DNA of 64,000 bases from a virus. This document shows, one piece after another, positions 58,247 to 64,000 of this stretch. The translations under genes and the position numbers were made by a program. Position 1 is the first letter of the stretch, and the number at the start of each line of letters is the position of its first letter. Location of the stretch: IMG/VR virus record IMGVR_UViG_3300044959_000131, positions 96,001 to 160,000 of that record; one strand, written 5' to 3'. The notes below the pieces were generated by a model. That model did no database searches, was not told where the DNA came from, and saw only the letters and a list, made by a program, of their open reading frames with translations.

Positions 58247-58486
58247 CTACGCCGTGCCAGGCGGCTGAGGGAACTGAGGAGGCGGTAGCTCCGCGCGCTT
58301 CCTACTGTCGCGGAGATATTTTAGGCGGAGTTGCCTGTTCTCTTCTTCCAACTCGTAAATCCGGTCCTCGTACTCTTGTTTGATTCTTTCACCGCGATCA
58401 GTCATCTTCTTCGCGATGAGGTAGATGCCCCAAGCGAAGAGAGCCACCTTCAATCCACACAGCCCATATAGGAATAGAACGATCAT
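58247..58486 (-). CDS. Small membrane protein (N-terminal TM helix plus coiled coil)
   Basis: MIVLFLYGLCGLKVALFAWGIYLI; AAAGGAGAG RBS. Confidence 0.75.
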   Translation of the reverse strand: MIVLFLYGLCGLKVALFAWGIYLIAKKMTDRGERIKQEYEDRIYELEEENRQLRLKYLRDSRKRAELPPPQFPQPPGTA

Positions 58487-58582
58487 GTCTCTCTCCTTTC
58501 TATGTTTCTATGTGCTTATGCCGAAGAATGGAGAGATTTCCTGAAGAGGCTGCCGACCGATTCAACATCAGCTCTCTGAGCT

Positions 58583-58630
58583 AAAAGGAAATGGGAGGTT
58601 CGTCAGGCGCAAGAACGTCCCCCCATTTCC
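58583..58630 (-). terminator. Intrinsic terminator
   Basis: On the - strand: GGAAAUGGGGGG...CCUCCCAUUUCC 12-bp stem (one G-U) followed by UUUU. Confidence 0.65.
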
Positions 58631-58841
58631 ACCAGTTCGTGCTAGCTCTCGTCCTGCCATTGATGGCTCGATCTTTTGCACCCCATCTGCCGGGGGAGGG
58701 GAGGTGAGAAACAGATAGGGTGCTCCCAAGAGCCTAAACAATGGCAAAGTACGATGCGGAGGAGGATGAACTTGGCCAAAGCTCCTCCTCAAGATCTTTA
58801 TACCGTCATGTCGACGGTATTTTCTTCCACGAAATAACTCG

Positions 58842-59231
58842 TCAGACGTCTTTTATCTCACGATGAGGATACAAAAACATCGACATGGATTCGCCCGGGC
58901 CGATATTTTCGAACCCCATTCTCTCTAGCCTCTTCGAGAATCTCTTCGAGATGACGTTCTCAAGGAGAATCGGCAGGCTCGGATACTTCGCTCTGATTCT
59001 CTTGACGAGATTCGTGAAAGTCCCTTTCGATTTTTGTGTGGCTTCGACGTTCGCAATGTCCAGTACTGGAAGGAAGCGAACGCCGTTGATGGTTCTCATT
59101 GATATCCTGACGTACAGCAGCGAGAAACCTGGCTCTCTGAGAAAAGCCCTTGCTGGGACCCAATGTGCTTTAGGGTCCTCGTAACGAGGTAGCTCCTCAG
59201 CGAGAAATTCGTCCAGCGTCTTCGCTGCCAT
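58842..59231 (-). CDS. GNAT-like N-acetyltransferase fold protein
   Basis: VLDIANV...KGTFTNLV...LENV.S.RF...LERMGF pattern. Confidence 0.55.
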   Translation of the reverse strand: MAAKTLDEFLAEELPRYEDPKAHWVPARAFLREPGFSLLYVRISMRTINGVRFLPVLDIANVEATQKSKGTFTNLVKRIRAKYPSLPILLENVISKRFSKRLERMGFENIGPGESMSMFLYPHREIKDV

Positions 59232-59454
59232 TCTTACTACGACGAGATTGGTATACCTCTCCCTTTATAGTCTCACCGCCTTCGATTTCAACCTCGAAGT
59301 AGTAATGAATGACTTCAGCCGGAGTGAGCTTGACTGCTCCAGCTCCTGGGAACATACGCCTAAGAGCGTCTGCTGCGTTTTCAGCAGATACTGACTCTTT
59401 GACATCCTTATCACCTTTCGAGTACTCGATCTTGAACTTCCGCTGTGCGGCCAT
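59197..59454 (-). CDS. Hypothetical protein
   Basis: Likely start MAAQRK at 59454, preceded by GAAGGG. Confidence 0.5.
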   Translation of the reverse strand: MAAQRKFKIEYSKGDKDVKESVSAENAADALRRMFPGAGAVKLTPAEVIHYYFEVEIEGGETIKGEVYQSRRSKNGSEDAGRISR

Positions 59455-59683
59455 TTTTATGAGCCCTTCTTGTAGAGTGTGGGAGTAGTATCTCCTCCAG
59501 AACACAGATGTGCGTTGAGAGCCAGTGATCCTGAGCGCCGAGTTCGATAAGGCATCGCTTCACGCTCTCTGAACGCTCAGATTCTGGGATACAAGCGTAA
59601 GACTGATACGCTTTTCTTATCCTCTCCATCTCACGATGCAGGTAATCGACCGCTCTCTTTGACCTTGAGATCGACATTGCCAC
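59411..59683 (-). CDS. Hypothetical protein
   Basis: Fills the operon and overlaps both neighbours; start uncertain. Confidence 0.45.
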   Translation of the reverse strand: MAMSISRSKRAVDYLHREMERIRKAYQSYACIPESERSESVKRCLIELGAQDHWLSTHICVLEEILLPHSTRRAHKNGRTAEVQDRVLER

Positions 59684-60449
59684 TCTCCTCCATTTTCATG
59701 GATTTCTCGCTGAGGTCACGAGCAACGTCTTCTCGCCAATCACGAATGGTAGTGACGCTACGATCTTCTGGGAACACGATGCCCACTGTCTTTTCTGCTG
59801 TCTCTACAAACTTATGAAACTCACCGTCGTTCCACGGAGGGCTCCACGCCGTGGACTTGGCGATGAAGATTGCAGTCACCTTGACCTTCTCGTCCCACGG
59901 CACTTTGTCCGCTCTGAGTTGTGAGACCCTCTTTGAAACCCTGCTACCGGACCACGGATTCGGTTCTACTGATGGATCCTTCCACACAGGATAGAAGTGA
60001 CGGTATTGAAGTTTCTTCAGCTTAGACAGCAGCACATAGGCCCACGAACCTGCATCTGCGATACCGCTCTTCGACAACTTGTAGGTGATTGATAGAGCGT
60101 TATATCCGAGGTCGTGATGGGCGTCGAAATTCCACAGCTCGTCTGCAACATCATCGAGGTCGCCGAGTGAGTGGAAGAAGGGCAGTGCTCTGACGTGTGA
60201 GTCTGCGACATAGGCAGCAACACACTCCGAGAAGTCCCAGTTCTGGACGGCTTTTTGCCAGAATTCACTAGCCTTAGGCTCATGCAAGTCTGGATGAGTG
60301 ATGCCCCTGATGTCTTCCCCAGAGAGAAACGCCCTGCAGACCCAGACGTCCTCTTGGAACAGTTTGTTCTCGGCGTGATGCCAGTCCCACTCCAGACGTT
60401 CCTCTTGGAAGAAGTCCCAATCAACTGACAGCCAGATCCTCTTCAGCAT
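59631..60449 (-). CDS. UPF0489/arginase-deacetylase-like metallohydrolase
   Basis: LSVDWDFF, ADSH, NFDAHHDL and DAGSW motifs; AAGGAGG RBS before the ATG at 60449. Confidence 0.7.
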   Translation of the reverse strand: MLKRIWLSVDWDFFQEERLEWDWHHAENKLFQEDVWVCRAFLSGEDIRGITHPDLHEPKASEFWQKAVQNWDFSECVAAYVADSHVRALPFFHSLGDLDDVADELWNFDAHHDLGYNALSITYKLSKSGIADAGSWAYVLLSKLKKLQYRHFYPVWKDPSVEPNPWSGSRVSKRVSQLRADKVPWDEKVKVTAIFIAKSTAWSPPWNDGEFHKFVETAEKTVGIVFPEDRSVTTIRDWREDVARDLSEKSMKMEESGNVDLKVKESGRLPAS

Positions 60450-60835
60450 TGGGCCTCCTTCGGCATCCAAAACAACTCCGACTCATTCTCCACACATTTC
60501 AGACAGATGATGACGAAGTCTTTGTCCTTCTCATCTTCGAGTGTTCGCTTCGAGCTCGGAGACAACCATGTCCGTTGCTTACAGAGTTCGCACACCCCAT
60601 CTGGTGTGGAGTCGGACACCGACTTTGGAAGCGATGCAGGGGTCGTCAGAAGTGGAACGCCAGATCGTTTGTTGACTTTCTCAAGAATACGAGTGAGCAC
60701 CTTCTTCAACTCGCTGTTCTGCTCGGCTCGATATTCCAATGCTCTGTCGAATGGATCTGGAACTGGTTCATGAGTGCTGACTACCGAACACACTGGACAT
60801 GCGCTCCAATCAGTTTCACCGTGTGGACAGTTCAT
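60443..60835 (-). CDS. Cys-rich (Zn-binding) hypothetical protein
   Basis: CPH...CPVC, CELC and CLKC motifs. Confidence 0.65.
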   Translation of the reverse strand: MNCPHGETDWSACPVCSVVSTHEPVPDPFDRALEYRAEQNSELKKVLTRILEKVNKRSGVPLLTTPASLPKSVSDSTPDGVCELCKQRTWLSPSSKRTLEDEKDKDFVIICLKCVENESELFWMPKEAQC

Positions 60836-61060
60836 TGTGCTTTCTCCATGTCTTCAACGTTGAGTGAAAAAAAGCTTTCACTGGAAACGTGTTTTCACCG
60901 CCTTTCGCAGACCTAAGTGATTCACCGATGGCGATGAAATTACCAGTTTACTGGTCTTTCCGGAACCTCAACGGTTCTCGTTTTGATGTTGATTCAGAGT
61001 GAAAGAGAAGGTTGTTCTCTCTGTTCTTCTTATCCCGAGAAAGCGACCGCTCTGAAGGCT

Positions 61061-61087
61061 AAAAAAGCCCTCCCTTTCGGAGAGGGC
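61061..61087 (-). terminator. Intrinsic terminator
   Basis: GCCCUC-U-CC-GAAA-GG-GAGGGC-UUUUUU on the - strand. Confidence 0.8.
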
Positions 61088-61095
61088 CTTTCCTA

Positions 61096-61236
61096 CTACG
61101 CGGCGGCCTTCTTCCCCCGGACCAGCTCGGCGGTCTTCTCGACCGCCGCCGTCGTCGCCATGGCGACGACGGTCGCTCCGGCCACCTTGCCGGCGAACTT
61201 CAGTGCGTTGATGAGATGCGGGACGATCTTGTTCAT
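61096..61236 (-). CDS. Small Ala-rich protein, 46 aa (absent from ORF track)
   Basis: MNKIVPHLINALKFAGKVAGATVVAMATTAAVEKTAELVRGKKAAA; AAAGG upstream, double stop, followed by a terminator. Confidence 0.65.
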   Translation of the reverse strand: MNKIVPHLINALKFAGKVAGATVVAMATTAAVEKTAELVRGKKAAA

Positions 61237-61314
61237 GTTGCGCCTTTCTTTCTGCCCACGAGGGGCCTTTTACGAAGAGCGAAATGCCTTATCCAATGGT
61301 TTTACCAAGAATTG

Positions 61315-61767
61315 CTATTTGTAAGAGAGGTTGATCCAGGCTTTTAAGGCCAGTGCCTCCCATGCACGTACAAGAGTCTGCTCCAGAGCGTTATAGTTCT
61401 CGAAGAAATCACTTGGGCTGAGGTTGTATATCTTCAGATTGGTCCAAGCTGAGACCACTTTTGCTGGGAACTCGGCAATGATGCTCATCTCAAGGTGGTA
61501 ACGGTCAGACTCGGCCACTGAATGCCCGCCCGGAAGTCCTGCGCGGTCGAACAAATCTACGACGATCTGGTCTTTTTCATTCTGGTCTTTTTCTTTCTCA
61601 GTGATGGGCCGTTCCGTCTTGATCCTCTTGTAGAAGAGTCCGAGATGGAAGTTGTCATCTATCCTCGGCTGCCACTTGAATCCGAGCTCCGTCATTCTCG
61701 ATTTTATAGTGTCGAATTTCACTGTTTTCACTGTCCCCTCTCTTCGGCTGCCAATTTTCTTTTTCAT
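61315..61767 (-). CDS. Hypothetical protein, paralog B of tandem pair
   Basis: TGATG coupling to paralog A; shares KFDxIKSRMTxLGF and FFENY..LEQ.LVRAWEALA. Confidence 0.7.
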   Translation of the reverse strand: MKKKIGSRREGTVKTVKFDTIKSRMTELGFKWQPRIDDNFHLGLFYKRIKTERPITEKEKDQNEKDQIVVDLFDRAGLPGGHSVAESDRYHLEMSIIAEFPAKVVSAWTNLKIYNLSPSDFFENYNALEQTLVRAWEALALKAWINLSYK

Positions 61768-62147
61768 CAGGCCAGTGCCTCCCATGCACGTACAAGAGCT
61801 TGCTCTAGAATATCGTAGTTCTCGAAGAAGTCACTCGGGCTGAAGCTGTACGCTTTCAGCTTGGCCCAAGCTGAAATCGCTTTTGATGGGAAGGCGATGT
61901 CCACTGGAAACTCGCCAGTGATGTTCACCTCGAATTTGTAGCGGTCCTCCTCGGACACGGCATTCCCGCCCGGAATGCTTGCGTGGTCGAATACTTCCAC
62001 GACGAGCTGAGCCTTCCCGTTGGCGGTGCATGGACGCTTCGTCTGGACACTCTTGTAGAAGAGTCCGACAAAGAAGGTCCCAGTTTTGTGTTCCTGCAAC
62101 TTGAAACCAAGGTCCGTCATTCTCGACTTTATCTTGTCGAATTTCAT
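61767..62147 (-). CDS. Hypothetical protein, paralog A of tandem pair
   Basis: AGGAGG RBS; immediately downstream of the RT gene. Confidence 0.75.
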   Translation of the reverse strand: MKFDKIKSRMTDLGFKLQEHKTGTFFVGLFYKSVQTKRPCTANGKAQLVVEVFDHASIPGGNAVSEEDRYKFEVNITGEFPVDIAFPSKAISAWAKLKAYSFSPSDFFENYDILEQALVRAWEALA

Positions 62148-62187
62148 TGCCTCCTAGCTCCGTTTGAGAAATCACTGTCGAGTCTAT

Positions 62188-63531
62188 CTACCACTCATCG
62201 AGAGCCGCCAATCTACCGATGGCTCCAGCCTGGCGCTCCATCTTCTCGAGTCGTCTTCTTGTCTTTTTGGCTGCGTACCTCCATACACCGGGCGATACTG
62301 CGAACCCACCGCGCTTGTTCTCGTCAAGCCACTTCCCGATCACGTCGCAAAGGAACAGGCCCAAACGGTATTCACCGAGAAGTTTGCGCTCGACGACGTT
62401 TGGTGCTGTTGCCCACACCGGAGATCCGGTACAGACGACCTGCCACAGGCGGACGTACGGAATCGGGAAAGGACGCCGACTGAGCCTCATTGGCGCACGG
62501 GCCATTGCAAGCCAGAGCCACTCACCACGTGCATATCCAGGCTCCGCCGCTGGAGGAGCAGGTTGAAGCCAGTGGCGTTTTATTCGAGGTTGCCGAGTGG
62601 GAGGAGATTGTGGCGTCTCCACCAGTGTTTGACCAACAGCCGTCTCCTGTTCGGTCGTCGATTGATCGACATCAACTGGCTGTTGGGCTGACAGATTTGG
62701 ATATACTCTCACAATAGATGATTGCCCCTTACCTGCCCTCCGTATATACGAAATCCATTCTTCGTGTCCGTCTGCCCTCCATTCTGCACGCCTGTGACGT
62801 CCCCTCACGTGGTTCGCTGCACGAGCGCGTCGCAGTGCATTACGTGTAGGGTGAATGCCGTTTTCGTCTACAGCGACTCCGCATATGATACGCCTTCCGG
62901 CCTTCGAGAGATAAACACGAGTCTTTGCAGTATGCAGAGACCAACCGAAACGTCGACTCGCGACGTCTTCCAGTACCCGAACAACATCGGTCCACCGTCT
63001 TTCGTCACGCAGAGAAACAGCCAGATCGTCGGCGTAGCGCGTGTAAATGTATTCGAGGCCACGGGGACCAAGTAACGCATCGAGTTTTCGAACTACCTCC
63101 GCGTCATACCTCGCACCGACCAGATTGGCCGCGCTCGGAGATGTCGGAAGTCCCTGAGCCGTAACAGGCTGCTTGTGCCATGATGCTTGGTACGTGACAG
63201 CGTCTGCTATCTCCCGTGCATTGTCTGGTGTTTGACCAGAACGAACCAACGCACGTAGCACCTGTTCTCTGGTGACGCTGTCAAACCAGGATTTCAGGTC
63301 GCACGTCACCGTAGCCGTCCATGGTCCGACATGTTGTAGAGCGGCGGTGACTGGAGAGCGGCTTTCTACGAATCCGTGGGATACATCAGCGACGCCAAGA
63401 CGTTGTGCAAGGCGTCTCTCGGAATACATCAGAACCTTAAGAAACAGAGATCGAAGATATTCGGCTTCATCTGGATCAGGTGCAACGACACGTCGCAGCT
63501 TGACGCCTTTCCTGATTTCTAATTCTTTCAT
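62188..63531 (-). CDS. Retron-type reverse transcriptase (447 aa) with uncharacterised C-terminal extension
   Basis: EIRK...RRVVAP, SHGFV, AALQH (region X-like), DLKSWFDSV, QGLPTSP..AN, YTRYADDL, KTR...RRIICG (region Y-like). GGAGG RBS 6 nt before the ATG at 63531. Confidence 0.88.
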   Translation of the reverse strand: MKELEIRKGVKLRRVVAPDPDEAEYLRSLFLKVLMYSERRLAQRLGVADVSHGFVESRSPVTAALQHVGPWTATVTCDLKSWFDSVTREQVLRALVRSGQTPDNAREIADAVTYQASWHKQPVTAQGLPTSPSAANLVGARYDAEVVRKLDALLGPRGLEYIYTRYADDLAVSLRDERRWTDVVRVLEDVASRRFGWSLHTAKTRVYLSKAGRRIICGVAVDENGIHPTRNALRRARAANHVRGRHRRAEWRADGHEEWISYIRRAGKGQSSIVRVYPNLSAQQPVDVDQSTTEQETAVGQTLVETPQSPPTRQPRIKRHWLQPAPPAAEPGYARGEWLWLAMARAPMRLSRRPFPIPYVRLWQVVCTGSPVWATAPNVVERKLLGEYRLGLFLCDVIGKWLDENKRGGFAVSPGVWRYAAKKTRRRLEKMERQAGAIGRLAALDEW

Positions 63532-63542
63532 CCCAGACCTCC

Positions 63543-63581
63543 CTCCCCGGCCCGGGCCCGTAGCAGGCCCAGGCCGGGGAG
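63543..63581 (-). other. 16-bp GC-rich hairpin between retron a2 arm and RT RBS
   Basis: CUCCCCGGCC-U-GGGCC / GGCCC-G-GGCCGGGGAG. The single mismatch is a U-G pair only on the - strand. Confidence 0.75.
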
Positions 63582-63588
63582 TTTGAAA

Positions 63589-63744
63589 CGCACCACGAAG
63601 CGGGGTTGCGCCGGAGTGAGAGACTTGTCCGAGAGTCATCTCTCTCTCACGTAGGCCTCAACCCCGCGCCTACCCGTCGTGGAGATCTTCAACGGGTGCC
63701 CCGACGTTCATCGCCGGGCCCTCCGATCTCCAAGAGCTGGTGCG
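63589..63744 (-). ncRNA. Candidate retron msr-msd RNA
   Basis: a1 CGCACCA (63744-63738) pairs with a2 UGGUGCG (63595-63589). a1 ends in A-G-C with G at 63737. Two short stem-loops (63719-63698 and 63697-63672) contain - strand-only G-U pairs. Long imperfect hairpin at 63600-63667. Confidence 0.65.
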
Positions 63745-63757
63745 GGTTGTGAAGGGA

Positions 63758-64000
63758 CTAGAGAGACGAGAGTTGATCGATTGCGGCCTTGCCTCTCACG
63801 TGTCGAGAGTATGAGGCCTGCTGCCGCTCGATCTCCTTGACGGACCTCTCCAGCCCAACGGTCCTGTTGTGGAGCCACACCTCCACCTCGTTCCAGCCGA
63901 TTATCCAGCTGGCGATGTCGCGGGGGCTTCGCCACAACCTCAGCCACTCGTCGGCCACGCTGTGTGGAGACGAGTGGCGTACGTGCTTCTGGTACCTCGT
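63758..64000 (-). CDS. Hypothetical Trp-rich protein upstream of retron ncRNA (5' truncated by window edge)
   Basis: The frame is open to the window end: ...HSVADEWLRLWRSPRDIASWIIGWNEVEVWLHNR... Confidence 0.55.
   Translation of the reverse strand, partial: TRYQKHVRHSSPHSVADEWLRLWRSPRDIASWIIGWNEVEVWLHNRTVGLERSVKEIERQQASYSRHVRGKAAIDQLSSL

Noticed and set aside
61315-63531. Diversity-generating retroelement (RT plus near-identical repeats at 61347 and 61769)
   Set aside because: Both repeats are the 3' ends of paralogous genes. Their differences include C/T changes on the coding strand rather than adenine-only changes, and the RT motifs are retron-like.
63532-63639. 36-aa N-terminal extension of the RT given in the ORF track (start 63639)
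   Set aside because: It runs through the predicted msd and GC hairpins and gives a Pro/Gly-rich non-domain sequence. The ATG at 63531 has a GGAGG RBS and begins at the usual retron RT N-terminus.
62188-63757. Group II intron
   Set aside because: No domain V/VI-like sequence after the ORF, no recognisable maturase X or endonuclease domain, and no interrupted host gene.
1-64000. CRISPR array or long non-coding repeat array
   Set aside because: No regularly spaced direct repeats seen. The only tandem repeat found is the in-frame 30-bp unit at 7322.

Overview
This window is a 64 kb segment of a large contractile-tailed dsDNA phage (myovirus, probably jumbo-type). The host cannot be determined from the sequence. 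The + strand carries mostly late and structural genes. These are the C-terminal half of a phage multisubunit RNA polymerase beta' subunit (cut by the window edge), a baseplate spike, a LigD-like phosphoesterase-ligase fusion, a large terminase with one intein, a prohead protease with three LAGLIDADG inteins, scaffold-like and head-cargo proteins, the major capsid protein, neck proteins, large tail and fibre proteins, tail sheath, tail tube and a tail-fibre cluster. Short - strand islands carry RNase HII, an HTH protein, a cold-shock protein, an RHH protein, GNAT-like and UPF0489-like proteins, and several unknowns. Four signals stand out. (1) A retron-type reverse transcriptase with an unknown C-terminal domain is preceded by a non-coding region that folds like a retron msr-msd RNA, with a1/a2 arms, an AGC branch-G candidate and strand-specific G-U pairs. 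(2) A K-x-[A/S] motif recurs across the head-region proteins, separates acidic scaffold-like segments from basic glycine-zipper segments, and also flanks the protease domain. (3) The prohead protease carries three inteins. (4) A small RNA gene with a sigma70-type promoter has a C-rich anti-SD-like loop and lies antisense to the 3' region of a membrane-protein transcript. I recognised no CRISPR array, tRNA, portal or tape-measure gene. All annotations come from reading motifs by eye; no database search was run.
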